Source: Amoebophrya sp. A120
Taxonomy: Eukaryota; Protista; Dinoflagellata
Length of the DNA stretch: 64,000 nt
NCBI GenBank assembly: GCA_905178155.1
Contig: CAJINV010000005.1
Coordinates: 5,665,379-5,729,378, forward strand
Direction of reading: 5' to 3'
How positions within the stretch are numbered: the stretch's first letter is position 1; the number at the start of each line of letters is the position of its first letter. This document shows positions 1-12,300 of the stretch, one piece after another. The translations under genes and the position numbers were made by a program. Below the pieces are notes generated by a model. The model was not told where the DNA came from, ran no database searches, and worked only from the letters and a program-made list of their open reading frames with translations.

Positions 1-3000
1 ATATCTGTCGCAGATAAAGCTGAGGAAACAGAAGTTGAAACGGATATTACCCGAATTGAGGTTCGAAGCCGGTTGCGCCGAACGGGGGAAAGCGGTGTAT
101 TGCGAAGCGGAGGTGAATATCAAGTGCAAAAATGTCTCGGTCTGGAAGATTGCCTGGTTTGTCGTGCATATTTTGCACAACCCATGATGCCTGTAATGAA
201 TGACCTAGCATCAGAGATTTTTAAAAGGGCCTTCTGGTTCTGATGCGTATTCCGCGTGAGAAATGCGGCCCTGTCCGCGTAGCACGAATGGAACTCCTCT
301 TGCTGGTCATGCAATACAGATTTTTTACCTTGTTCCAAAGACAGCATCACAAGTTACAACCTTCCAGACCCAGACATATTTGCATTCCATAGTGAACGAC
401 TTCGTGCAGTTTTCCTCGAGCCAAAATTTCTCAGGTACGACTACAGGAGGCTCTGGAACGCCCCGAGCTGCAGCAGCTGCGAATAGTACAGGAAATAGAA
501 ATCCGGGCGACATAGCGAACACAAGAATGTACTACCAGCAACACCACAGGGAAGCGGTGATTCAAGTTTGCGAAAAGATCCCGACTCTATCACAGGAAAA
601 AGTGTTATACGTTAACGGTTTTCACAGATTCTTGCAGTCATGCATCACAAATGTAGTTCAATATGCATGCTATGCATGACAAATTCTGACACGTCTTGTG
701 ATGCATTTCTGCGTCACAAATTCCGTTAACGTTAACACTTTTTCTTGTGATAGACTCTTCCCCCCATGCAGACCTGGCACAACCAGAAGGGGAGGCTGAC
801 CGCAAATCGGCCGGAGACGGTGGAGATCTCGAATCAGGTAGACAGAATCAAACACCAGATGAAAACTATCGTGCCGACCATTCACGCGGACCTGTTCACG
901 TTGTCGCAGTTAGTGACGTTGCCGTTCATGGAAGCAGAGGACAGGAGGAAGTTGGAGTTCGACGTTTTGGTTTTGCCCAACGGGGCGATTTGCTTCAAGT
1001 GCGTTTCTATCCACGATCCGGCGGACGATAGTGAAATAGATGGCGGAGAGGTCGAGGACGACGTTGATCAGGAAAGAACGGACTCGCTCTCGTTCCCGTC
1101 CAAAGCCGACCTGGCGAATTGCGAAGTGGAGGGTCCGGACGCGAGTCTGATCACAGCTTTTACGTTATCACAAGCAAAAGTGTTAAGGTTGAGGGTTTTC
1201 ACAGATTGGAGCCATGCATCACAAATTTAGCTTAGTATGCATGTTAAGCATGACAAACTTGGACGCGTTTTGGTTATGCGTTGCTGCGTCACAGATTCCG
1301 TTAATGTTACCACTTTTTCCCGTGATATACGCAGCAGGAGCTGAGGTTGAGCGGGAACGAATCCGCTGCCGCAGCGATTCTTGCGGGTTCAACATCTCCG
1401 CCGGCGCTGAAGAGACAACGCAAGGACAGCGACGACATTGCTCTTGCTGGGCAGCAAGATGAAAGAACCTCGAGCAGCGCCAGCGGCGGTGGAAGTTGTG
1501 CGATCGAAGAGGACCATCTGCATTCCCTAGCTGGTGCAAATAAAACATCAACTTCCAGCACGACGCTCCATAACACAGTCTCCCCTTCCTGGGAGCTTTG
1601 CCGGTCCCGCCTCATCCAGGCCGGTCGGGGTTCGCAGCTGTGCGCTTTCGGGCAACGGAAGACGAAAGAGGAGGCAAGTATACACTATTACGAGTTCGCG
1701 TTGAATACCCATTACATCCTGCTCGCAAAGCCCATCGAAGCGTGTTTCAAAGTCCAGAATTTACAGCACAAGCTCGACTTTGGCAAGCAGCAACCGATCA
1801 GCTTGAAGTGTATGCGGTACAAGCCGCCAAAGGTCGGGAATGCAACTAGCGCGCACCCGGAGCCGAAGTTGTATCGGAAGCAATTGCTGCAAATTTGGGG
1901 GGAAGCAATGTGGATATCACAGGAAAAAGTGTTAACGTTAACGGAATTTGTGATGCAGTGACGCATCAGAAAAGGTGCGCAAATTTGTATTGCATAGCAT
2001 GCATAGAAGGCAAAACTTGTAACGCATGACTGCCATTTGTGAAAACCGTTAACGTTAACACTTTTTTGTTTGATAGTGGATGGAGGAAAATCACAGCCAC
2101 TTGGTTTATTTTATCGACGATGGGAAAGTCATACCGAGGACAACTTCTGGCGGTAGTAGCAATAAACCTGCATCACCCGACGACCATCTCCACCCGGATT
2201 TCTATCAAATGTAAAAATGTCTGGGTCTGGAAGGTTGGAACTTGTGATGCTAACTTTGGACTCTAAAAAGATTTGTATTGCATGACCAGCAATAGGAGCC
2301 CAGTTTGTGCTACGCAGGGAGGGCATTTGTCATGCGGGATAGGCATCAGGAAGACCTCTACAAATATGTGATGCCAGACCATGCATTACAGACATCATGG
2401 CTCATGGAAAATATGCATGACAAAATCTCGCAATCTTCCAGACCCAGACATTTTTACGTTTGATAATTTCAAGCAGTTGACAAAAGAACGGATGATAACC
2501 ATCGGGAAAAATTACAATTGGAGCCGGTGCCGAGGGTTCGAATTTGTGGACAAACTATTCTCCTGGATTCATTCAGGCATGATCACTGGGCGTTGCCAGT
2601 GGCGGACGCGGTTTAAACTCTTCTGCAGTTCTACGAGGACAGATCAGCTATTCCCTGAAAATTTTTAACCACCCCCAGCCGGTCATTTTCTGCATGGCAG
2701 GCACTGAATTTACTACATGTTTTGCATGACAAATTGGAAGATTATGGGGATGGTTAATGTTTCAGGGAATATCAGCCGATTGAGACGGATCTGTGCGACA
2801 TGCTGGTCCTGCGCGGTTTAAAATACGATGAGCAGAAGCCAATGACTCGAGCACCAGTGAGCTTGAACTATTTCGGCGGGTTCTGTGATTTGAAGAAGAA
2901 CTACAAAAACGTGGGTAGTAGTACAACAGCCTCCTCTTCTATCGTACAAAAAAAGTGTTTCACTGTAAGGATCTTACAGGTTTTGCATCACAAGTTTGTT

Positions 3001-6000
3001 CTACATGACCGAGAAAATTTGCCATGCGAGGTTCCTAAAGGGAAAACACAGCGAAAAATCCACAGTCTTGCATGTGTAGCAAGACAAACGCTTGCGAGAT
3101 ACACTTTCTGCATTACAAGTTTACAGTGAAACAGTTTTTTCTGGGGATATCTTCATCTTCTGGTCAACGACTTTCCACCACCCCGACTTCCGCTGCGGCT
3201 GCTATGGAGTTCTCAAACGTTACACTCTCAACTGTTACATGCATTTGTCATGCAAAGTTGCCAACAGCCTCCACTTGATGAAGGTGCTTTAGCATGACAA
3301 ATTTTCGAAGGGCTAAGCAGCATGGTAATCTGTGGCAAAAAATCTGTGATGCGAAATATGCTGCAACGTTGCCACTTTTACTGTTGCTGTTCTTGCATTA
3401 TGTAACGTTTGAGAACGCTATAGGTGCTATGTGGCAGAGGACCCCGAGTCTCGGCAGTCAGCACCCGGGGGGATTGCTGCCGAACGAGACAATGTATGAA
3501 ATGCAAATAGGTCTGGGTCTGGAAGAATGCGACATTTGTCATGCTAGTCTGGAATGACTCTGCACTCTGTATTGCGTGGCCACCAAGCGGCCCGCTTGCC
3601 TTTCATGCGAATAAAGCGCAGTTTCTCATGCGAAATACGCATCACAGAAGCACGAAAAGAGTTGTCATGCTTGGCGGCGCAGTACAGAGCACTCTATTGT
3701 TCACGGAGTTGCATCACAAGTTTCCAGACCGCCAGACATTTTTGCGATTGAGACAATGCAGCTGCAGTTTGACACGTTAGTCAAGGAAGTACTGGACGAG
3801 GTAGAAACCATATCGCAAGAAAAAACTGTTTCGCTGTAAATTTGTAATGCAGAAACTGTATCTGAGAAGTGTTTGTCTTGCTATACATGCAAGACACTAG
3901 ATTTTTAGCTGTGTTTTCCCCTAGGAATCTCGCATGGAAAAGTTTCTCTGTGATGTAGAACAAACTTGTTTTGCAAAATAACTTACAGTGAAACACTTTT
4001 TTCGTACGATAAACCACGTCGTCAAAGGCCCCCGCCATTGTAACCGGGAAGAAGATGTCCTCGCCATCGAAACGCCCGCCGAGCGACAACAAGAAGGGCA
4101 CGACTAGCAAAGAAGATGAACCAGAAACGGCGATGAAAGTAGACGAGACCTTGGATGAAAAGCAGAAAGTCCTCGCTTTGTTCAAACAAAAACAGCAGAA
4201 AATCAAATCTCTCCCGAAGATCTACTCCACCATCAGCCCTTTCTCCCCGTATTTCCAGCTTCTCCAAGTGCCCTACGGGTGGCATTTGCGGTACTCCCGC
4301 TCCAGCAATCGGTCCTACTACGAGCACGCAACCTTCAAGCAAGAGAAAATCCAGAATTGGCAAAAGCGTGAGAAGCCGCAACTATTGGCAAAACTGGAAG
4401 AAGAGAAGAAGAAGCTCACTGAGGATGTCGCCTCGAAGAGGCAGCAAGCAAGAGTCGAGCACTACAAGAATGCGTTAAAAGCGCAGCATCCGGACAAGAT
4501 GCGATTTCACTCTTGGACGGAATTGTACAAAACACCCATTGGGTGGCAAGCGAGAATTCCTTCTGACGTGTGGAAAAACGAAATGAGTTTCAAGAAGATG
4601 CCAGATTCGGTGGAGTTTGGTAGGTTGCAGAAACTGGAAAACCAGAAGAAACCGGACCAGAGGAAACTACTCGATCCGGAGGACACGATATGCATCGCAA
4701 AAGTTTATCGTATTAGTGGATTAATTGCATTACAAATTAGCTTAGCATGACTGATGTAATTTGTCATGCTGTTTTAGCTGAGAAATGCTGAACTGCAATT
4801 AGTACACGAGTGCGATACTTTTGCAGTGGATACACGAAGTCGCGGTACGACGTGTACTTTGAGAACTCGTTTTTGGACAAGAGGTTCACCACCGGCGGCA
4901 GTACAGATATCACAAGAAAAAGTGTTAACGTTAACGGAATTTGTGATGCAGTGATGCATCAGAAAAGGTGCGCAAATTTGTATTGCATAGCATGCATGGA
5001 AGGCAAAACTTGTAATGCATGACTGCCAACTGTGGAAAGCCTAATGTTAACATTTTTTTTGTTTGATAACAGGCAGTGGCGCTTCCTCCTCCGCGGCGAA
5101 AACGACGAATAGCACGGTTATTCCGACTGACATGCAGGAGTTGCTGAGAGCGACGGACACCTTTGACAACCGGAACTTTTTCAGCTTGAAAAACTCGACG
5201 ATCAAACAGAACACTTCGCTATCCTGTGTGAGAAAAACGTCCCAACCCCGAAGTTGTCATGCAGATTTGCGATTACAGGAACATTTGTCGTGCGCATCTC
5301 CATGAAATGCATTTCAGATCGTGTTCTAAAATTTGTAATGCTGTAAACAGGATGACTGAATTGCTTTGTCATGCAGCTTCCCTTGCTGACCACACTACGC
5401 TGCAGATGGAAAGAACTTGTCATGCGCAACTCCCAAAACTTGGAGACTTGTCTAGCAGACTTGACTATGGGGTCCTCGTGGGGACGTTTTTACTCAGGAC
5501 ATTCCCTCTCCTCCGTGGACCTTCTCGCCGTGAAACTGCAAAAAGACGAGATTTCCGAAGAGGCCGTGGCGAATTATCTGAAACAGGAGGCAAATCGGTT
5601 TTACACGGCGAACGTGACGGACTGGAATTTGCCGTTTAAATCCGCAGACCAGTCGACCAGGGATTGGTTGGTCAGTCAAAACGGGATTTTTCTAGTGAGA
5701 AAGTTCGGCCACGAGAGGAGTATCAAGGATTTTACCAGTCCGGAGTTGGCGAAAGTGGATATGGACGACTGGAGACACGAAAAACGGGAACAACCAGAGA
5801 CTCTCGCTATCAAAGTGAAAAAAAAACCCTCCCCCTATCGAAACGAAGTTTCTGATGCTGGATTTGCGAACACAAATCAGATTTGTCTTGCTGGAGAGGA
5901 CTACAGACGCATAGTAATCCGGAGCAGAGCGGCTTTGGCATAGGCACTTAGCATGAAGAACGTCCGCACTGCAGGCCCAACAGCATGACAAAACGCCTGC

Positions 6001-8541
6001 AAAATGCGGCGGAGACTGTGGAGCTGCCTTCTTGCAAGACAGACGCGATCTGTGGCCACAAATCAGCAACGCAAATTGTCGAAGACGTGACCACGCGTCA
6101 ATATGTGTATGGGGAGGGGGGATTTTTCCGTGTGATACTCGTGGACGACGCGGCTGTTGAGGACGTGTTTGCTGCGCTGGATGGGAATAACGCCGGGTAT
6201 TTTCATGGGGCAGGACGAACAATGTATGGCGAGGAAGTAGACCAAGGATGGTCACTGGAGCGGGAGCTTTTTGAACAGCAGCAGGAGATAAATAACGAAA
6301 ATGGAGGCGGACCTCCTCCGCAGTTGTTCTACAACGAATCTGTACTGCAATTTCAGCAGCAAGTGCAACAGCAAATTCAGGAGTACCAGTTGCAATCTCC
6401 GAATTTTGATGTCAAAGAGGACGAGGACCAGCAGCAGCATCGTGATTTCTCACAACCGCAGGCGCACCAGCAACAAGCGCATCAACTGGAGGGCGCGCAT
6501 CAGCATCTTCAGGAGCAATACGGGTGGTGGAGCTCGCCGGAGGAACAGCAGCGTGTCGGGTGGAATAATATTACCGCTACATCGCCCTGTTCTTGTGAAG
6601 GAAACCAAAACACTTTGTTCAATGACAGTCTGCGTCTGTCCCGGTTGCAGAGGAGCTCGGAGGACTTGTTATCCACCGGGAAAAAACACCCATCCCCATC
6701 CAATTTGTCATGCACAACATGTGTATCAGTTCAACAGGGCCCGCGGTTCAACAATGTACCTACCAGTTCAATACCGCCCCGGGGCCTAAATATCCTAGAA
6801 CAAGCAGGCCATTTGATATGCTCGGCGCCAAAAACATATGCAGGTGGAGGAAGGAGTAGGGGGGGCGTTCCTGACCCAAAGGTACGCTCCTGATCTCAGT
6901 GGTACTTAGTCGACCCGGGGGGCCAGGTATTACCTGACCCCCGGTTCGGGTCTGTGCCTGCAATGCTGCAGCGAAGTCGTTTTAGATGGTGCTGCAGCAC
7001 AGCTGCGCGCACCTTGATGGGCGCCAAAGGCCCCAAGTCTGTCGCTACAGAAAACGGTAGCCATGACTGCGATCGGCCCTAGTGTTCGACCGCTTTCTGT
7101 TTGAAACCAGCGCCGCGCACACAGCTTCGGTCTTCGTGCGCCCATTGATCGGAAGCAGCGTCCCTAAATCCTACGGCCGGCAGCCGTGCCACCGTAAACA
7201 ATAGTCGCGCAGCGCTTCGCGCCTCACAAACCAAAATCGCGCGCGCGCGCGCCAAAATACAGGACCTTTTGGGGCTTGTTGCGTGCACATTCTTTTTGCG
7301 ACATATGGCGCCCGCAAGATATGCTCTGTAGCTCATCGGGATTCTTTTCTCCCGTTGCCCGCTCTTTTTTTCGGGGTTTGGCACGTGCACTACGTATGGT
7401 TCTCTTCTTTTTCGTATGCCCGGAACCTTCACGAACTAAGTAGTTCGTGAACTGGGGTACACTCTCGAACCGATTCACATGCATAAAATCCGCTAGTTGT
7501 CATGCAAAAAATGGATGGGGATGGGTGTAGAAGTCTTTTCCTAGATACTTATCTGAGGAAGAACATTTAGAAGACCGCCTGAACGACTTACTCCCGTACA
7601 GCTTCTACGGAGGGGATAGGATGAAGGACAACGGTACAACTACTAGGGGCGAACAGCAGGAGACGAACCAGCGAGCTTCAAAAATATTGCCAGACGAGCC
7701 GCGACATCATCAACATCATGACGCGGTGGAGGAACCTGTTCCGTTTAATAGCGAAGGATCCTTTTTGCTGCCTCTGGAAGTAGGAGAGACGCAGAGAATC
7801 AACGCGGAGACTACACCAGGAGGCACCGCTCGTCGTGCCAGCGAGGATCATCCTCTCCTAGAAGAGCACCAACAGGACGAGGACGAGGACGAGTATGACG
7901 AAGCGGCGGAGGCCCGGGAGCTCGCTAAGGAATTGGAAAACGGTCTCGGCGCTCTGGTGTTGGAATCGCCAGAATTGCTGGTCTCGTTGGCAGAGAGCTT
8001 GGAGAAGGAGGAGCAGGAAAAAATGAAAAAGGAGAAGGAGGAGGCTGAAGCTCAAGCTGCAAAAGTAGTAGAGGACAAAGAAAATATTATCCCCACAACT
8101 AGTACAACTGGTGGCCGTGCACCAGCTGCACAAACGAGAAGTTGTCCAGGGGCGCGGCGTCCTAGTTCTCGCGATAAAAAAGCAGCAGAAGACGACTACG
8201 ATTTTGAAGCAGAATTGCAGTCTCCCACGGATGTGACCGCGAAGAACCAGCAGGATACGACGGTAAATAACACTTCTGCAGGACGAGCGGCGTCAAGCGC
8301 CAAGGATCAACAGCAGAGTAAATATCTCAAACTGCCACTGGAGGAGCCAGACGAAGCGGGTGATGATGATGTCGAAGATGATCACGATTTGGATGACCAC
8401 TGGGATCTTCTTCGCGGGGAGGACGATGACGATCATTGGGATGGATTGAACTCGCCCGGGGCCGCTGGGGATAATTCAGAGGCTCCTGAGCACAAGAACA
8501 TCAATAAGCGAAAACTACTACACAAGCGAAAGCTTGTATGA
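1..8541 (+). CDS. Large multi-exon protein (5' end outside window) with a WW domain; 15 introner introns
   Basis: Removing each TIR element plus one 5-bp repeat joins the ORF fragments into one frame (e.g. CEAEV|NDFVQ, KIPT|LPPMQ, RSSEDL|SEEEHL) ending KRKLV* at 8541. WW-like motif VPYGWHLRYSRSSNRSYYEH at about 4265-4330. Confidence 0.75.
118..391. mobile_element. Introner, family A
   Basis: TIR TGCAAAAATGTCT(C/G)GGTCTGGAAG; TAT...ATA ends; direct repeat GTGAA/GTGAA. Confidence 0.9.
588..752. mobile_element. Introner, family B
   Basis: TIR TATCACAGGAAAAAGTGTTA..CGTTAACGG; repeat GACTC/GACTC. Confidence 0.92.
1166..1327. mobile_element. Introner, family B
   Basis: TATCACAAGCAAAAGTG...CACTTTTTCCCGTGATA; repeat TACGT/TACGC. 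Confidence 0.88.
1915..2075. mobile_element. Introner, family B (inverted relative to 588)
   Basis: Family B TIR; repeat GTGGA/GTGGA. Confidence 0.92.
2203..2465. mobile_element. Introner, family A (inverted relative to 118)
   Basis: TIR TATCAAATGTAAAAATGTCTGGGTCTGGAAG; repeat ATTTC/ATTTC. Confidence 0.92.
2649..2771. mobile_element. Introner, family M
   Basis: TATTCCCTGAAA...TTTCAGGGAATA; repeat TCAGC/TCAGC. Confidence 0.9.
2940..3149. mobile_element. Introner, family C
   Basis: TATCGTACAAAAAAAGTGTTTCACTGTAA...TTACAGTGAAACAGTTTTTTCTGGGGATA; repeat TCTTC/TCTTC. Confidence 0.9.
3203..3422. mobile_element. Introner, family F
   Basis: TATGGAGTTCTCAAACGTTACA...TGTAACGTTTGAGAACGCTATA; repeat GCTGC/GGTGC. 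Confidence 0.88.
3495..3753. mobile_element. Introner, family A
   Basis: GTCTGGGTCTGGAAG...TTCCAGACCGCCAGAC; right end AGA; repeat CAATG/CAATG. Confidence 0.87.
3811..4011. mobile_element. Introner, family C (inverted relative to 2940)
   Basis: Family C TIR; repeat AACCA/AACCA. Confidence 0.9.
4689..4832. mobile_element. Introner, family E
   Basis: TATGCATCGCAAAAGT...GATACTTTTGCAGTGGATA; repeat CACGA/CACGA. Confidence 0.9.
4908..5068. mobile_element. Introner, family B
   Basis: Near-identical to 1915-2075; repeat ACAGA/ACAGG. Confidence 0.9.
5220..5501. mobile_element. Introner, family H
   Basis: TATCCTGTGTGAGAAAAACGTCCC...GGGACGTTTTTACTCAGGACA; repeat TTCGC/TTCCC; homologous to 52084. 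Confidence 0.87.
5808..6137. mobile_element. Introner, family G
   Basis: TATCAAAGTGAAAAAAAAACCCTCCCC...GGGGAGGGGGGATTTTTCCGTGTGATA; repeat CTCGC/CTCGT; homologous to 52476. Confidence 0.88.
6670..7547. mobile_element. Introner, family D, carrying a nested insertion
   Basis: AAAAAACACCCATCCCCATCC...GGATGGGGATGGGTGT; repeat CTTGT/CTTAT; siblings at 11512 and 13153 are only 138 and 114 bp. Confidence 0.85.
6722..7477. mobile_element. 756-bp non-coding insertion nested in the family D introner
   Basis: Imperfect TIR TGTATCAGTTCAACAG / CTCTCGAACCGATTCA (12/16), flanked by CATG on both sides; absent from siblings. Confidence 0.7.
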
Positions 8542-9383
8542 TCATCCACCTCGCGGCACACTTTCATCCATTTGAATTTGCACTGTGACAAGAAACTTCG
8601 TGGTAGCTTCAAGTTGATTGTAGGAAGTTGAAGTGATAGAGTATCTGACTAACTCTAGGTCTAGATCAGCGTCACTGGGGGCTTCTTTACGAGAAGGAGA
8701 AGATGACAGAAAGGTATTAATTTTCATCGCAGCGCGTTCTCATTATCATATCATGATGTTTGCATGCGCATTTTTTGGCAACGACCATGGTGCGTCTTGG
8801 TCTTGGTTTCAGGGCAGCAGCCGTGAAGAATTTGGTATCTGCAGCTGCTGTCGTTCTTGCTGTCAGTGGTGCAGCTCCTTGCTCTGTTCATCTAAGGATC
8901 GTTTCAACATCGTGCAAGGCTTAGTTTTCAAAGTCGGCGGCGGAAAAAGAAATGCAAATAGCGTTACGCAGTGGATGGCTTCTTCGCAGTCACTGTGCGT
9001 CTGCCTGTACCTACTTTTGTGGAACAGCACGATGATTTTTATTCTTAGGACCCACATCTTTTTTGTGTTGCTGCTTTTTCGAACAATGTCTCGTGCGTTT
9101 TTGTTTTTTTTTCAAAATATAACCGTCTTGACACTTGTGCACTTGTTTTGTGATCATCTTGCTCATTGTGTTTAGTGTGCGTAACCTGTCTGTAATAGTA
9201 GATGGGCTAGAGGGCGCGCCACGATTTTCCAAAGCCTTGCTTGTTTATGTTTCGCTCAACAAAAGGAACTGCCTCAATACCTGCCTGTGCAGAGTCAACA
9301 AAGTTATCATCTGCATCACTGAAGATTGCAAGCTGCTCACCTTCAAGTCTATTCTGTTCTAGATCTAGTCTGCTTTTTGAAAA

Positions 9384-12300
9384 ATGCGCGGTTGTGACGA
9401 TCCAGCATCCGTCGCTGCTGGTCTCAACGTCGTTTCTTTCACCTACAATTGCGGTGGCGTGGAGCCCCCGCAGGAGGAAAATTTAAAGCAGAAGCTACAG
9501 GAAGAGATTCGGGAAAATCTGCTCCAGCAGAGGATTGATTGCAGTCGCAACAGTGATGGAAATGATCTTGTTGATTTTGCTGGTGCGCCTGCGGCCCATT
9601 CTGCTTATATTACCGTCGAACAACAAGCCGCAAATCCATCCACAACTGGAGGCACAACGAGGAGCGCTGGTGACCACAGTGTGTGCTTTACCCCGGACAT
9701 CGTTGTGATCAATCTGCAAGAATGTTGCCCGCTAGCCCTGGCCGCTTTAGGCAACAACGCTTCGGACTCCTACGGAAACAAATGGCGAGACGTTTTCATT
9801 GAGGCTCTGGGCTACGGGCCATTAGACCGATTGACCTGCAGGTTTTACACCCAGTTGCACGGCGGGAAGGGAGCTTCAGGAACCGACGTTGCACCTGCGC
9901 AAGAGCTCGATATAGAGGAAAAATGCGAAAATTCCGCCGGTGATCAACATGTTGTATCGAGTTGTTCTAGGGCTCATGTCGCGTCCTCGTCCTCGTCTGC
10001 GAGCGCCGTTGCGGCTGCTAGTGACGTAGCTTGTTCCAAAAAGTGCTCCTCAAAATCGTCAGTAAGCACAGCGGCCTCGTCTTCTTCTAGTTTTGTTTCT
10101 ACGGCAAGCAGCACTGGTGATTGGAAACAACTCGCAGCTTCCGCTTCGAGCTCTTCCAGGCTAGAAAGGGAAAGACAAATATGCTCATCGCCGGATAGCA
10201 ATTGCAGTTCAAATTCGAGCGCCTCGACATCATCGAGTAGCGCTTCATCCTCTTCGACATCTTCCCCGTGTTGGACTACGACGGAGCAAATCAGCCCCGC
10301 ACCTAGAGCCAGTCCACCCGACGAGAGAAGGGATGAAATAAGCCCGAAGGATCCACCAGTGTCGCCGTCGCCCGACGCATTAGTGAACGAGAAAGGCCGC
10401 CGCGATCTGTTCTTCCCACCGGCCTTATCAACATCGGGAGGGGAAGATGTAAATAAACACGCACCACAAATCGCATCAAACGGAGCGGAAGACGAGACAG
10501 TTACGACAAACAGTTGTGGTTCATCTAGCAGCTGCTTCAGCGCTTCAGCGTTATCTTCAACCGCAGTGACGCCAGGGAATTCCAGTTCGAATTCCTCTTG
10601 TTCTAGCTTTCTCCCGCCCGGCGGCGCAGGTATGGTAGTGTCAGGATCGAAATCGACAAAGTTGAAACATCAATTTGCGATGCATAAAATGCAATCCACA
10701 GAATGCCTGTCTTGCAGAGTAGGCAAGGTAGGCAGATTGTAAGCCTGATGAGGGGTAGAACTAGAAACTGAGCTGCTAAAGTAGCATGACAAAAGGGGTC
10801 TTCCTTACCCAAACAGCATGACAAACTGGATTTCGGTTCTACCCAAGTTTGTCATGCACCACTTAGAAACTGGGTTACAACTGGCATCCATTTTATGCAT
10901 GACAAACCATTAACGACTTCAATCCTGGCACTTCCATAGCAGGCAGTCGCTTTTTACAAGTTCCTCAAGCCGGGGGTGCGAAGGTGCGCAGTGCGGGAGG
11001 TCGTGCAGTTGTTGGGCAGCTGACCGCCGAGTCTTCCTCTGCGAGGACAGGCAGCATGACAACAGGAGGTGGAGGCTTTGGGTCCCGCCGGGCAACCGCG
11101 ATCACTACGAATAAGATGCAGAAAAATTATAACCGCCGGCCGACACAGCTACCGGAAGAGCTGCAGGGCGGGTCGTTTGGAAGTACTTCTAGCTGCGCTC
11201 AGACTCAGACGCCTGCTGCAGAGGGCAAACAGGACGAAATAATAATAAAAGAAGTTCTTGCAAAAGTTGGTAAAAAATCCCGACGACGGCGCGGCACAGA
11301 GAGCAGTAGCACTGGGGGCTCCTTCATCGACCTTGCTGACTACGAAGACGCAGCCTGTCGCTCTCCCTCGTCACACAGTTGCCAGCAGAACTTCTCATGC
11401 GAAACGCCGAAAGTAGTAAAGGTGAACAAGCAAGGTGGTAAAGCAGGCCCCAGCTGCTCAGGCGGTAGAATCGACGACGACCACTTTTCAACATCCGAAA
11501 CAACATCCGACTATCCAGGAAAATGAAACACCCATCCACATCCGATTTGTCATGCGAAACACGTATCAAAAAAAGAAAATTTCTGAAGATAATGCTGTGT
11601 TTGTCATGCAAAAAATCGATGCTGGGGTTGGATTTTTTTTCCGTCAATACCAACAGTAGCCTCGCTGCGGATGTGGAGCACAGTCCAAGGTGCACCGTTT
11701 TGTATCACAGGTAAAAGTGTTAACGTTAAACGCTTTTCACCGATAATTGCAGTCATGCATCACAAATGTAGCCCAATGCGCATGTTATGCATGACAAATT
11801 TTGGCACGTTTAGTGATGCATTGCTGCATCGCAAATTCCGTTAACGTCAAGAACACTTTTTCCTGTGATATTTTGAGCGCGACGGCAAGAAATTCCATAA
11901 GCAAGGCCATCAGACGGGAGGAGAGGAAGAATAAATCATCACTCCTGCTGCATCAAAAGACCACTAGCACACGGACAAAATTCAGTGGTTCGTCATCATC
12001 CACGACCGCCGCCCACACCGGGGAATGTTATCACTCCTTGGCGTTCGCCCCTATGTCGCAGCAGGTGACGACGCCTCCGAAACTAGGCTCCATCTCGTCC
12101 AAAACCGGACTTTTGCAGCCGCCCGCGCTGCTGAAAGTAGGAGCAGCTCATCCGGGAGGAGGTGCAGGCAATGCAAGTGCTTCGCCTTCGCATTCTCCTC
12201 TCAAGCACATGATCCACCAGTCACGACGCTGCCTGAGCCCCGGTCGGGTAGGACAGGAAAGTTCTCTGAACACATTGCCAAGCACGTGTAGCTATCCTGT

